Shown here: in pieces, positions 1-14,996 of the stretch
How the letters are laid out: every line of letters starts with the position of its first letter
How positions within the stretch are numbered: the stretch's first letter is position 1
Assembly (NCBI RefSeq): GCF_964204865.1
Contig: NC_135259.1
Location: 6,076,001 to 6,140,000 of the forward strand
DNA: 64,000 nt
Source: Styela clava
Taxonomy: Eukaryota
Direction: 5' to 3'
The notes under the pieces: generated by a model
Databases searched by the model: none
Told to the model about the DNA's origin: nothing
Seen by the model: the letters and a program-made list of their open reading frames with translations, nothing else
Program-made: the position numbers and the translations under genes

Positions 1-2795
1 ATCATATTGGTTTGTCTGTTGAAAAAACAAACAGAATGGTTTTAGTAGAAACGAAATTCGATTGAATAAACAATTAGATTCTAATCTATGTCCGGCAACA
101 TTCGTTCTTTGAAAATGACATCTATTTTACATCCCCTTGATCGGACATGGGCTATCGATAAATCGGGCTTTAACCCTGGTTTATCGTTACCCCATATTCG
201 ATTAAGTATACTTTTAAACTTGCCGAAATCGACAATTTGATCTATGATATAATAATAGGAGAATGCTAAAAATGATATTGCAACTTTAAAAAATCTTCTA
301 AAAACTTCTTTGAATTAAATTTGTATTGTGTGGGTGGAAATTAAGCAAAATTTGATAAAAGTTTTTTTCTGGGTAAAAAGCTTTAAACTGTGATTAGACT
401 GACCCGCGAATCTAATTGAGCCGGACGAAAGAAAGATTCCATATGTGGAAAAATAGGAAATTCTCTTCAGTGTGGCCATAAAATATGATCATATTGCCAA
501 GCATCACAGTCGGCGGGCAAGGGCATCCGCTGATCCACCAGAAATCAATAAATTGTATTTAAAGGATTTTGAATTGACCTAAAACTAGACGCTCATTTGA
601 GCAATAAAATGTGTACGTTCAGTAAACGCCGCCATAGTTTGATAGAAGACTGAACTTCATCGATTAGGATCGGGTTTGAGCCGCACTGGGGACTCGTTCT
701 GGTACAAAAATGAAAAATCAGCAAATAGCTTTGAACGTTTCACCAAATTGACAACGAAATGCTTGTTGAATTCACTAGTATACTTAACACGATTTATATA
801 CGAAACGCCCAAGACTATAGAAAATTATGTTGCTCATATTGACGACCAATTCAGCGCAAAATACTTTTTAAGATCTGTGAGAAAGCTTTTGTCATCTCAA
901 GTAAGGCGTGAATCTTAAAATGTTCAACCGTGATAAGTAAACAACAGATGGTCGAAGTTTTGACATCGTTAATACTGAGATTTAGTGTTATAATCACACC
1001 ACCAATATATACCAGCTGTGATATGGGTATTGCGAAAAATTTCAAATATTCATTATTATGGCATGAATGGAAAATTGGAATCAACGTTACTCAAAAGGCA
1101 AAACTAATGTGTTTTTGAAGATTAAATTAGCCTTTTAGCATTAAGATAAAAATTCAAATCAATTTTTAAAAATATGTGGATTTTGCACTTATCAATTTTG
1201 TTGTATGATGCATATCCAATATTCTGCATCAAACTTATTTATCGTCATATGGAAGTATTTGAAAATATTTACCCAAACGGGTGAACTACAATTAGAACTG
1301 CTATACGACTGAACTACAATGCTAATTTATTTAGACTGAGCAACATACATCGGGTTCATTTCAATGTGGCGTCAACAAGACGAGGCCATTTTGTATATCA
1401 ATAATCCAGAAAGAAAAAAACATCCTTTCACTCCCAAACTCTTTGTCGTAGCGCGATGACAACAACTTCTATTGATTTTAATTTTACTGCGAAATGAAAA
1501 TTATTTCTATCCACGGTTTTCAGTTGCCGATGGAACCGTCTATCGACAAGATGGGAAACGTGACTGTGTCACCTGGAAAACTAGCCATTTTTGTTTTCCC
1601 CAATGCTAATCAAGCTAGGGTTATGGGATGACAGCAACTCAATGACCATAATTTCATTTATCAAATCATGTTTGATGTAGCATTGTCGTATTTTATACAA
1701 GCGTGATGGGCGGTCTATATGATTTCAATTCTATTTGACTTCGTGATGTATGCCCTCTTCGGGAAACAAAAGGCGGTGTGAGCTAATAAATACGTTCTCG
1801 ACAAATTTCATTAAGCCCCAGCACACGTTTCATGGTAGTCACGAATCGCAAGTCTTTCAACATGAACCGCCAAAGCGTATCGTGGTGTCAATTGAGGCTT
1901 TTGAATTTGTATCCGTTCGTCTCCCACTAAATCATGATATGATATCCAAAAAACACAACGAAAATAATAGGCAAAAGGTACATCACAAAGCCGCCATACG
2001 ACAAAACAGGACGGTGTAATATTTCGTTTTCTGAAAATACAAGTCATTCTCTCAAATTAAACAAAATTCTGATTTGTAAAGAGATATAAGAAAATAGGAT
2101 CAATTCTAATACACTACGTGCTTTGGAATAGAACTATCACAGATGTGTAACGCCATTCCCCGCATCCGGGCGCAATAGATTAGCCAATTGGCCCATTAGC
2201 TTATCTACGCCATTAAACCAATTCAGGTTTAGCAAAAATATTAAAATTGAGCAATGATTTTTATAATGCGCCTTTAATAGAGCTTTTATGTCGACGCGGA
2301 TTTGAATGGTTTTCACGCTTAACTCTTAAATAAACAGCCCGAAGCTCTGCGCTAAGGTGTGAAGTATAAAATTATAAATTATGGAACAACTAACGTCTTA
2401 CTTGACGATCAAAATATATATGGCATTTCCGAATGATTATGTTTCAACGTTTCAAAAATTTTACCAATGCAGATCTTTACCCGAAATGCTTACAGGTAAA
2501 ATTAGATATATCCGAAAATTTAAATTTAAGCGAATAAAGTTTTATCAGAATATGTCTTAGTATTAGAATTACAATTCTATTAATTAACCAATTAGGTTAA
2601 TTAATAGAGTATTTCTCTGGGTAGAGTTCTGCTTAATAATATTAACTGTCTATTCTAAATTCGTGATTTTAAATTTTGCTAAATATATGATATTTGAATT
2701 ATTCGAAATTTAGCAAAAAACGGGGACACGAATTCGGTTCAATTGCAAATCGTTTCGAAAAAGTACTACAATTTTTTGTGTGGAATTGAGTTTAC

Positions 2796-2872
2796 CTTCA
2801 GGCACGCCATTCTGCATTCATTTTCTATAGCGTATTCACAACATTTTCTTCCAATCCATTCTCCCTGTATTC
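2796..2872 (-). CDS. RECK: RECK-like internal exon (cysteine-knot CC repeat); gene continues beyond the left edge
   Basis: cag|...|gtaaac exon of 77 nt, phase 1 to 0, encoding (G)IQGEWIGRKCCEYAIENECRMACLK. This matches the recalled human RECK segment GWVGLGCCELAIALECRQACKQ (W-x-G-x-x-CC-E-x-A-I-x-x-E-C-R-x-A-C). Flanking exons were not identified with certainty. Confidence 0.62.
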
Positions 2873-5800
2873 CTGTTTGCATAAAAAAAACAGGATCACT
2901 TTATTGAAAATTTGAAAAAACATGCACATTAGGTTTAAGTGATGTATGTAAACTATCGTATTTAGTAGTTGTGTCTAGAATGATGAAAATTTATGACCGA
3001 CCACCAAAGGGTATTCCTTCTATGAAAAATTAAAATCGTTGATTCAGCAGTTTTTATATTTTGGAGTCTGTGTGCATCAACAATTTGGCACAAATCATAA
3101 TTTCGCATTATAAATTCTTTATTTCGAAATCAAAGTAATTATGAATCTGAAATGGCCATAAACATTCCGAACGGTTTCTCGTTAAAACTGGAGGAATTAA
3201 ATTGGAAGACGTATCTATTGAAAATGAAAAAAAATGAAAGTTACTTAACAAAATACGCTGCCCGCTCGTTTTTATATCATATCGCGAATGAAAAACTTTA
3301 TGGACACATATATTGCACTGTGAATTTCATTAGCTTATTATAAGCAGTATTTGCTCAAAGATATATTTTATTCTAACCCATAACACGAGCGTCTGTCAGG
3401 CATGGGTCACTTATCCCTACAAAAAATTAAGTGTGATATTTACCAGTAATCAGTACGTTCAAAGATAAAATTGTCCGGACAAATCTCGAAGTGTTTTTCC
3501 GGCTCATCATTTCATGTATCCGTCTTTAATCGCACGACTGGTAAGCCGCCGAGTAATCCAGAGGAATAAACTTGTTCAAATAAAGACTTAAGCGATTTGC
3601 AAAAAGTATATAAACATTGATATTACAGCCAACTTTATTTGCTAAGCTGTGTTATTGAAAACTGCTGGAAGTACAAAACTTTTGTTGATTATAATTATAG
3701 AATTATTTTACACATAACACATCTTTGGTCGTTCATATATCACGGATAACATACATAACAAATACTAACAAAAGAAAGTCTTATTTTGAAGACATAACTT
3801 TACGTTTTGAGTCCGTATGCATTTGTAATAATAAAACTGATAAGCAGATTTTATGGCGAGCCTTGCACCTCTAAACAACAACCCATATTATTTAAAGTTT
3901 CCAGAACCAGTTTCTATTACGTTTGAATACCTCAACCATAGAATACACTGCTATTCCGCTGTCCCTAAACACCGATTACATCGAAAAAAGGTTAGTTTGA
4001 ATTCGTCGAAGTTGTTGTTCAGAAAGAAACCACTTTTCTTTGATGTGGCCCTTTCACTGATAACACTAAAAACCTAAATTCGTCTAAAAACTCAGCCGCA
4101 AGTTCCTCAAAAATCCACAAAATTTATTCTATATTAAACAGCTTTTGAACTGTAACTGAGGGCACGTGTTTCAAGTCTGGAAAACGACTAGAAAAATTGC
4201 TAATGAGCTAAGCAAAATCAACAGATTTTAAACCAAATTAACTCAACCTGAAAAAAGTTGACCACGAACATTTCCAAAATATGTCTTTTATTAGCTAGAG
4301 AGATTTTAAACTTTTTTATTATCGAAGCTGAATCGCCTCACAAATTAAAATTTCCGACTATCCATCCCAGTTTATTTATAAAATAGCTGACCTTCGTTAT
4401 ATAAATGAGACAATCCGGTATCTTAAACACGTAATCTGTAAAGTAAAATTAACGCCACAGATTGTTGTGTCGCGCTTTAATGGACCATACGAAGATATCC
4501 ACCGGCAATCTTATCAGACTCAGATATTTTGCTTTTGATTTGTTTCTTATTGTTGTTAATAACCGAAGATCGTCATATATATTTACAAGCCATGGGACCA
4601 TAATCTACATAAAACAATTTCTTGGTGCGAATATCACTATTTTGACACTAAATATACCGCTAGAAATGTTGTATTCATCTTTTTTCTTATCTGCGCAGGC
4701 TGGCTTGTCAGACACATGCTACCGTGTACCGTATCGTATAATTGGGCAGTCACCTTAATTATGTCTAACCCAATGACATTCTCAAGGAGACCGTATCGCT
4801 TTCGACAACTTGTGTGACCCTTTTAATGAGGTTGAAAATATTTTTGTTTCACCAAGAAAGGCGAATCTATGTAGTTCTAACACATAATACTCTCTAATAC
4901 CACCAAATTAAATTCCAGTGCATACAATGTCATATAATCGTTATATTGCAATTCCCAATATACGCTGCTAAATTGAGAATTTTCGAGAAACACAAAAATC
5001 GAAAAACCTTCCAACTCCACGAACAAATTTGCTAATGTGAAAATCAATTTCGTTACCTAAAATATATTTTAACTTGAAACACCTTCTATTAGTCCGATTC
5101 TTCCAAAAAGCTGGTATAAAAAAATTCCATTCTCTTTTCTATTTTCACTCACACTTTGACTTAAACCTTTTATATATGCTTCGTACAGTTATCAAGCTAC
5201 CAAGTCTAAAATAAATGGCCTACGTCGGCAAACGCGGGATAATATCACGGGGAACGAGAGCGTCTTCCTTGCGACTCGCGAGAAAAATGACGCTGTCTCT
5301 TTTCGTCGTTCTTTACCACTCCGTGTTACCCCAAGCCTAGGTTATAAATGACTCTCGTTTGATTCTTTTTGGAACAAAATCACGCCTTCAGTCGCCAATT
5401 TGTCCATCACAGAAGACACTCTAAAAAAATTTCATGAGGGAATTATCTCGCGACTAGATTGCCAACCTAAGAAGGAAGAGCGTGCGTGATTTAGCTGATT
5501 TCTTTATGATATGACGGCTTGACAGTCGTGACCGCAAGTCTTCAATCAAATTTAAATAAGCAGCTAAATGTCGCACCAATGAATATCGGCTTATCATCAC
5601 GTGGTATCATAACCAATGCCAATCAAATACGCTATGTGCCTTTATTCATTTAGTCCCGCGGCGATTATTTATTTTGCTCAAAATTGTTTTGAAAAAAAAA
5701 CGCTGTCACTCAAACGCTGTAGAAAACAATTCGCCAACATCCTATTTAAATATACCCATTAATATCATATATCCAATCGAAAGCAACATTTTAAACGCGT

Positions 5801-8800
5801 CGGTTTCTATTATAATCATTGTTTTCGAGGATATTATTCGAAATACAGCATACCAGATAAAGTTAAAAAACATCGAATCTTTTAAAACCACACCTAAACT
5901 AGAGGGTAAAGAGTTCAAGTTGTTTTAATCAAGACCCTAACTCAACATCACTCACTTTCTATACAACATAGCTAAGCAAATTATTCAGCCGGTATTACTA
6001 TATATTATTTGTACGAAATAACTTTTTTTCGATCAGTCGGATTTTTGAGACACACAGATCCGTAAACTAATGAAATTGACTGTGTGGTTGGTATATATTG
6101 TTTATTCACTTATATTATTGATAAATTTCAACCCAGCAATTTTATGTGTTTTCGTCACGCATATATTCCAAATTGATACTTTAAAAATAATTTTCGCGAC
6201 TGTAGAAACTCAACACAATGATAAAATGACGAAGGGTATAGTTATATAGTGAGAAATATTAATCCACAGGACTTCACAGATCAATGCGTCGGCTATTTTC
6301 CAATGTATCAAGTAGTAATTTTGGGACTGAGAAATTAAATTATTCAATTTATTTGACATTCGGAAATGCCACCAATGAATTTTTGTTCAGGTGAGCGGCT
6401 ATTTAATTTTATGACCAGGATGCGAATGACAGAATGATGGATCCCACAAAAAAATGGTTTCTATATAAAATATAAAATTAACTCAAATCAGTTTTTAACC
6501 TCAGTGCGGATAAATATCAATTTTGAATAACTCAAAAGGCAATATTCAAAATTTTTATACAAGAATAAAATTGCCTAAATAAAGCATACTTCAGATAGCT
6601 TATTTTTATTCCCTTTTTTGCATAGAAAATATGATACTAAATATAAAATTTGTGAAAATGACATGAGGTTAAAATAGATATACTGACGGTGTTCACTTGG
6701 AGTACCCCAAGTCTAGAGTCAACCGATATCTTCCGACAGCCACGTGATATCAAGTTTTCATTCTTTACAGACTAAATCTTCAAAAGTATGATATAATATT
6801 CTGTAATGCTATTGCAATTGGAGTGATGCGTTTAAAAAATATAAAGACACCATCCTTGCAATGTTGCTTGCGTTCAATTACGTAAACCCATTAATTTTAT
6901 ATCTCTTCAGGGACCCACTATAGAAATTGTATATGTGAAAAATCCTTCAGATGTGGCTTCAGCAGTGTTAACAATTTAATTTATCTGCATAAGTGCGGCC
7001 ACATTCCTATTTATGACGCCTGCACTGCACGCTTTTGGAAAAGAAATATTTATGTCGATGGTTTAGGATAGCAATATTCCTTTGATCTATTATTATCGAA
7101 CCGAGTTATAGGAATGGCATGGAAGTTTTATTCACAACTTGCAAGCGCTTGGTTTTCCAAGTCTCTTTCTTGCACAAACATAAATTAAGTCTCTCTCTTT
7201 TTCTCTCCGCTTTCTCTCTCTCTCATTCTACTCTCTCAATTAAGGTACCGCCGACGAAATCGATAGAAAGTTACTTACTTACTAATGGTCCCATTTCCTA
7301 GATAAAGATTGAATTCTATTTTCCTTTGAGAATTGCGCGTAGATGTAAAATGATATCTACATTATTCATCTTACGTCAATGAAAACCAACTACTAGCCAC
7401 CCTCTGTGCAAGTTATTGTATATATTAAAGATTGCCAATCGTGGCGGATGTCAGCGTTGGTGGACACGATGAGTGCAAATGTATAGGAGTTTAAAATACT
7501 TCATTTAAATTCATATGAGTGAAAGTGCATGAACATTCAGATATGCACAGATTTTCACTGTATAATCTATTTTTTAAAACACATAGGCTTCGATTTTGAA
7601 AAATACGTCATATTTCGGGTTGGGTCTGGAGCCACACTCAGTGTAAATTTAGAGAATATTAATCTCGTTAAAATCATTTCAAGTCATCAACTCTTTAAAG
7701 AATATAAAAACTATTGTTGAATACCGTTATCTAAATCATAGGTACGTTTTTCCTCATGTTGGAAAACTTCAATTGAATATCATTTTGGGTTTGTACTTAT
7801 ATCTGTGGGATTCCTAACTTTAGCATTGCTCGAGTCTAGGACTTCTAAAATCATGTCAATTCCTCTGATAAGTTCAGAAAAGTCGCAAAGTCTGAACCAA
7901 TCTGATTCAAACCAGAATCACGTGGTAATTTCTCATACTGCGGGTTATACTATTTACCAATCCAGAAGAAATTGGGATATTTTGTGAAAATTTGTAACTT
8001 GTTTATCATTGTTTTACTATCAATTTAATTGCTGCCCATGCGTTGTTGCAAAACGTTGTACAATCCATCGACCATGAATCGACCGACCATATTCGACAAA
8101 AGGCAAAATATTCAGTTTATAGCCATACCACGCTTGAATGCTCGATCTAAATTGCAGAAAACTGCATTTTTCTTCTTGAACTTAAAACTAATCTAAAGCC
8201 TCATGAGCTGTGTCCACGATCCCTAGAAATCCTTTATGCAAACATTACATGGTTACTTTGCTTCCATTGTTTGCGGTTAGTTCTAAGTAAATGAACGGAC
8301 AATCTTATCTTCGCGATAGTTCGTCTCCAAGCAAAGTTAAGTAGTCGTGCCGTTTTCTTCACGAGGTGGAAAATTATCCAATATTCAGAAGTTCATTATT
8401 TCATCATATTTTTAATTATATTGAAATTCTCAAAATAATTTCTTACTCATCGCACGTTGCAAGTAAGTTTTGCTTTCATTAAAACTAGATTATAAAAGAA
8501 TCAAATACTCTTAGGAAAATACTTTTTTTTAGTCGGCCAATCGTACCTTACTAAATATCTAAGAAAGGGGATTCGCATCCTAAATGCCATTTCCCTTTGA
8601 CTGAACCAGTCAATTAAAGTAGCAACTATTTCATCTTTGGAACATTGAAATTTTTGCTGGATCACACTTGAATCGGCCAAATTTTCGTCCTATTACTCTT
8701 AGTAAACATCCGCAAATCTCAGGTGTGTCTTATCAAAAGTCGCCGTCTTAAAGACGTTGGAGTAACCACTTTACAAAACAAGTTTTGTATATTTTTGCCG

Positions 8801-11698
8801 TGTTATCAGACGACACTGATAAACGGAGGGTTTTTATTTGCTTTGTCAGCAACATTGTTAGCTGTAGGTCACGGAAAACTGTTTATTTGGTAGTTATGAT
8901 GATAAGTAGCTATTTTATGGAATTTTATTTTCACCGCGTTTTAGAAATCATTCGTTTCAAAATAACATTCGAGAACAGTAAAAATACTATAAATCGTTGG
9001 CAGTTCATTATAATTTTATACTTATATTCAAAAGCGTACATTTAACCAAGCAATTTCCTCGAGAACTCAGCAGTTGTAAGACATTTCTTTCCGTTGACCT
9101 GTTTCTCAGAACGCGGCCCGATTACCTCCAAGGACAACGAAGAATGGTATGTCCAGACGGTTATATTGCCAATATACTTCCGAATAATTTCTCGATGAAT
9201 CCTGGCACCCTTTATCACCTTGATAGGAGTTTTCTCATATTCTGAGTAATTTTATTTTCTTAGGTGTGGCTTAACTCGAAGTGAATTTTCATAAAAATCT
9301 ATATTTAAGGTTTTTATGACTTTACGGTATTTTAACCAAAATGACGTCACGTGGCAAAAATGATGACCTAGATTTTTATCCTAAAATGACGTTAGTATTC
9401 TTGTATGACACATTCATTTAGAATACCGCCAGGTAATCATGTGATATATGATGTATAGGGTTGCGATTTGAGTCTAGTGGAGACTAGTTTTATGTATAAT
9501 TTTCTCATTTTTTATGATAATCAAGCTGTATATATTGAAATACGAGTTGATAAGTCAATTCGTTCGTCAGTTAGTCGATAAGGTTAAATAATTATAAAAT
9601 AAGTATATTCAATTAATTTCAAAAATCCAGATGTAATTCTTCGCAATATTTACCAACTGAACCGATTAAACGGTTACCGCAAACTGCTAATGGTAAACAG
9701 TTTGACTAATCCTTCATGACAGGAGATCAAAGATATGAAGAGAATATATAAGATTTGGGATTTGTTTTCTAACTAAACTGAATAAGAATCAATATAGTAT
9801 TCATCGAGTATAGTTTATGGAAAAATGTTTCATCGTTGTCAGATACATTCATTCACGAGAAGAATATGCCGCGTTGTCTTCAAACAAGATCAATGAAGCG
9901 TGAAGAAGACAAAATTGGTTTTAAAGATGGGCGAAGTCATTGAATTCCGACAAGGCATGCAGTAAATTGTCCACAAATGTATAAAATTTTTCAAATATTC
10001 GAATATTTTTCAAATTTACTCCAGATTTTGGGTACATAGGCACGGATCCATTGAAAGATAAATAAAGTACAAACCCATGTTTACGGCTTCTTGACAGACT
10101 AGGGTGAAAATTTCACTATTTATGTTTGGTATGGAAAATGGATTGCACCTGATATCTCCGTGACCGCATTGATCCGATTTTGTGTTTTCTGATTTCCGCA
10201 CGTTTTTCAGGCGATGATGACTTAGTTTCCCGTATATATAGTTCTGTTCGCAATATTTGGAAATTGTGTATATTGAAAATATTCGTGACCTATCCACTTC
10301 TTATGACGACGGAAGCTTTCTAAAATATGCTTCTGAAGTCGGTTAATATGCCGACAATGAAGTTTCACGCCAACACGTTGAACACCATTAGGTTCAGCAA
10401 AATTTCGTGATTGTTTTGTACATAAGAGAAGAGGCCTAAACCACTTGGTTATACCCGCTAAGAAGCGGTGACTCGTGGACAAAATCGGACATTCATATCT
10501 ATGTACAGTATATTCAATGTGACTTTGAGTTTACAAGACCACTTTTTTAACATATTTTGTACCTTAGTTTTACCGACTCTTATTACAGTTTAAATAATTA
10601 GCGTAGTTTAGTTGAAATTAATATACGTATAGATCGGGATAACAAACCTGAAGTCAACGTGTGCACAGTTTAGATATTACTTTGTTTACGTGGTGATGAC
10701 GATTAAAGAAAGAATACGTCCACGCTAACCCAAAATCATAAATTTTACCTTTGATGTGCTTGGTCAAGTAGATAATATGTACGCCTGCTTCTTAAACGAA
10801 AAACGCGCTTAGTTCAAAATTTTTGGAATTATGAAACAGAATTTGTATTTATAAAGGCATGTTGACTGCCAAATAGCGTTATTGTTGGGGGTCACAATAA
10901 TATAAAAATTAATATTTAGAATTTTCAGACACTAGGATTCGGCTGTAGACACAGTTTCAATATCGTGCAATGATGTATCATCTATATTTCAAACTAATAA
11001 AGTCTTGCAGACAACTTCTGTTTTTATTGAATTGTTGCGGCCGGTGTTCCTCATCAGTCCAAAACATATAAGCATTATCCAAAATAATTTAACTTCCATC
11101 CAGAATATATTAACTTAACTACTACATGCCACAAAATATAACTACTGTACACGTTTTGTTACGCTTTCAAATTAATGCCCAATTGCGTCAAAAATGCACT
11201 CCCTGATAAATCACTGCTACGATCTAGCGAGTGAAGACTATTACCTGATGTCAATCATTTACTTGACAATTTTGCCATGGTACATATTTCCAAAGGAGTC
11301 AGCGATGTCAAAAATTGTTTGAAAAGAGGCAATGAATATATTGACTTTTCAGTGTCAGCAAACTTTTGTTAAATTATTCGTTAGATTGGATCAACTCCAG
11401 GTGGATATCATGGTCAATGTGGTATATTACCTACGTTGAATAGAAATAAATCATGCAAAAACAAAACATTTAATTTAAAGGAAGTACACTGTATATAATT
11501 CCGCTATGCACAACCATGCATGAAGCATTGATATTTATATATACTCCCCAAAGCGTGGCGCATATGACCAAATCTTAAAGAAAGTTAAAAGATGACACAT
11601 TTAGGAATTCCAATAACCAAAGAAAGGAATTTGTAAAAAGTAATGAATGTGAAATAAATTCAATCCTACCACTGTGTTTACAGAATTATATGATTTAC

Positions 11699-11807
11699 TG
11701 GGTCCAGTGGCAATACTTTTACCCAATTTACATAAAAGGATATTTAAGAGCAGGATTGAAGAAACCCAGTGAGACCACTGAACCACGAAAGGAGTATTGA
11801 TTAGCAT
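11699..11807 (-). CDS. Candidate first (signal-peptide) exon, possibly of the RECK-like gene
   Basis: ATG at 11807 gives MLINTPFVVQWSHWVSSILLLNILLCKLGKSIATGP, with a hydrophobic core, followed by a gtaaat donor (phase 1). Linkage to the exon at 2796-2872 is inference. Confidence 0.3.
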
Positions 11808-13480
11808 TTTTTGATTAACATTTTATATCGACTTGGGTGGAAATCTATCCCGGTAGAGACAATTGCATAAAAAAAAAAATTCTTGGCAACATGGAACCTA
11901 TACTACAAAAGAACTTGACTGAAATTAACTCGTTTCAATTTTAAATTTTTTCAAGAGTAGTGTATATTGAGGCGTTTGGTACTGCACATTAATCACCAAT
12001 ATTCTTATAGCATCATTCAACCTAATATAGATATTAGGCGTCTCTTCATCCTAACAAATTGAGAAAACTAATCAAATTAATACCTGAAGTAAAGGTGTGG
12101 TTTGTCATATCTTGCTTCAAGTTTAGTTCCCTTCATTATTCACGAACATAATTAATATAACACAATTATTACAACATTCGGCTAAAATTTGCTGTCATTG
12201 CGTTGGTAATATTTCACAATCGTGTCCTTAAATTTGAACATGGATTTTCTGTTAAATAGGGAGAGTATTCAAATGAAATGTTGCATAAAAATGTATTGTG
12301 ATACGATAACAGGTAATTCATATTAAAATATGATTTGGCCTGACTTTATAGTTGTTAACATACATGTATAAGTGTGATGGATCATTAATAGCTGTTTTTT
12401 TAATTTTATCAAATAAGTTAGTTACCATATTTAGGTGTTTTGACCTGACGTGCTTTGTTATGCTTGATACATATGTAAACATAATATAATAAACTTTTAG
12501 ATGTTTAGAATTTCAACCCTAGCACTCCTGCATTGCTTCACGTGATAGGTTACGTCCGAATGGAAATAAAATGAAATCGTGGCTGTGTTACGACTAAATT
12601 TTTTAAACAATAGCAAGCTTTCTATGCATATTTATAGGAAAATTTACGCCTAATTTGCTACGAAAAAACTTGTTTAAATGTAAATGTTTATTTGAATTTC
12701 ATCGAATACACTTCTCTGTGGCCATGAACGCTGTTTAGTATACAACAGAAAAGCTTAGGGTGGTCCAATGTTCGTATCAACTACACCATTACTGTGTTAA
12801 TAAATTGCGTAGCACGCGTGAACATAAAATGTATGATAGTGCTTTGATGCACTATATATATATAAAAAAATAACGAATATAAAATTGTAACCAGTGTTTC
12901 GGAAATTGAATATGTAAGCTTTAGTAATCATTACTGATTGAGAGCCAAATTATGATGAATTTGCATGAAAGTTTTCTGAAAAAGTGTTATTCTTACAAAC
13001 TCTGAGAGATGGGAGAGGTCTATGATGATACTTGAGAATTTTATTTCAACTGGACAATTTTTGAGGTCTGTGTCGTCTGACCAATTCGAATTGTTCCATT
13101 AAACACTGAGGCACCATTGGAAAATCGTCTTTGGAAATTTCTACGGTGTCCCTTCCTTTGGTGCCCCAAGTACGTGCTTGTTTTGCTTAATGGTTAATTC
13201 AGCACTGACATCTATGCTTAGTCACTGTAAAACAAGCATACCTGGTATGAAACCACAATCAAACGATTTAGCCATCTAATTGGTCTACTGGACTATTATA
13301 TATACGATTTTTCATTGGCTACGTTTTGTATCATTGAAAAGAATAAAAATACTGCAATTTTGGCTAGTCTTTGCCAAACGTATAAACGATGTTACCGCTT
13401 TATTGTTTGTCGCCCATTAACTTGTTTACGCATAAAAACATACGACATCAGATATAGTTTAAGGATAAAAGAGAAAAAAG

Positions 13481-13676
13481 GGTACTCCCGTAGTGTGTGT
13501 AACCTTCCGATTTTCCTTATTTCAGTTCTATTACGAGTTCGGGGACTATCTGTGTTAGCCAAGTGAATATAGACTACCCCCCGCTCATTATAGGTTTCAG
13601 CCCCTTTACACAACTTGATGTAAAGTAAGCGAACAAAAATTTATCTCTATATTGGTACATAAACTTCTGGAGCGCC
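13481..13676. mobile_element. MITE with imperfect TIRs (ggtactcccgtagtgtgtgt ... tacataaacttctggagcgcc)
   Basis: The termini are imperfect reverse complements and share the ggcgctccagaagt-type terminus with the elements at 25017 and 32791. Confidence 0.6.
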
Positions 13677-14996
13677 GAAGTTTTAGTAATATATATTTAT
13701 ATGTCACGAAAATACCCTGAAATGATCACACGAAGCTAATTTCCGTCCACTATACTTCGATATAGTTGATTACCCTGAAAAGTATTTACACTGGTATTCA
13801 TAACCGGTACTTCAAAAATAATGCAAACAATATGTGGATTCGTAATCGGGTGAGATAAAGGTTATCCCTCAAGAGGTAGGAAGATTTCAAATCGAGTCTA
13901 CGCTTTTAAGTCAAGTTGTTAGTATTTTTGAATAACAAAATGTTTTATATTGAAGGTTTGGATGTAGAGCATAAATTGGAATTATTCTTTGTGATATTAT
14001 TATGTATATGGTTGATTTTTATTTTCAGTATTGACTTGTTTTTTTATCGCAGCATTACAGCTTACATAACATAATAGCATTGCATTTATGCACATATATA
14101 CTTATTCTCTGGTACTTATTTAAAGATTTTTCTTACCCTTCTAGCCAGTCTAGCGCATAATGTTATAACTTTTCTCCTCGCCACAATTATGGCAATGTAT
14201 TCAATAATATTAATCATGATCACGGATATTTCGAAGAATACAAACTTAAGTTGCAATTATTTGCTTTTTAATTAAATAATATATTCACGAACAAACTGAC
14301 AGCTGAGATAGATGGAAACTGATTCTTGGCCGATTATCCAGACTAATTCTCATTTGAATTCGTTGTGAGAAATAGCGAAGTGTACGGAGACACCAATTTC
14401 AGTCTAAAAATAATGAAATTGATAATATTTACTATATTTAAACCTAATGATAACGCATTGTTAATAGAAAAAAGTCAAATCGATTTCAAATATTCTGGTG
14501 TAATAATATTCACTGAACAAAAACAGAACCTTACGCACATACTTTCAATAACAACACGAGGATGGGAAATAATGCAAACCAAGAAACAGTGGATATATAT
14601 TGAGTCAAATTATTCAAAAAGTTATATACAAAATCGCAAAATTAACAATGAGCTAATAAAAAACTATTACAAGACATAAATCTAACTATCAAAATTGCAT
14701 AAGACATAGGAAGAATGACTCACTCCATTGAACCAAACAAAGTTGAAAAAGTTGAAAACAAGCCACATATACGTAAAAAAATACTATTTTGCAAGAAATA
14801 AAATCCTTCATTGGCATTGTCATTTATTTTATTACAACCTAGGTGAAGTAGTGAGTATTAGAGATGAAAAAAAATTTACCGTCAGTGTAGTATGATAAAC
14901 TGCTTCATTGTCAACCAATGCGGTTAGTCATAAATGTGTGCAAAGTGACGCTACTAGTGTTTGAGTATTTTTAAAAACTATAACCATTAATGAAAC

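Noticed and set aside
7190-7240. (CT)n tract, and (TA)n/(CA)n microsatellites elsewhere (about 18215, 20315, 21360, 31255, 33166, 47705)
   Set aside because: Ordinary short simple repeats with no evident function.
676-14679. Many 60-100 aa ORFs in the ORF track
   Set aside because: Mostly alternative-start, AT-rich chance ORFs with no recognisable motif; the DNA is eukaryotic and spliced.
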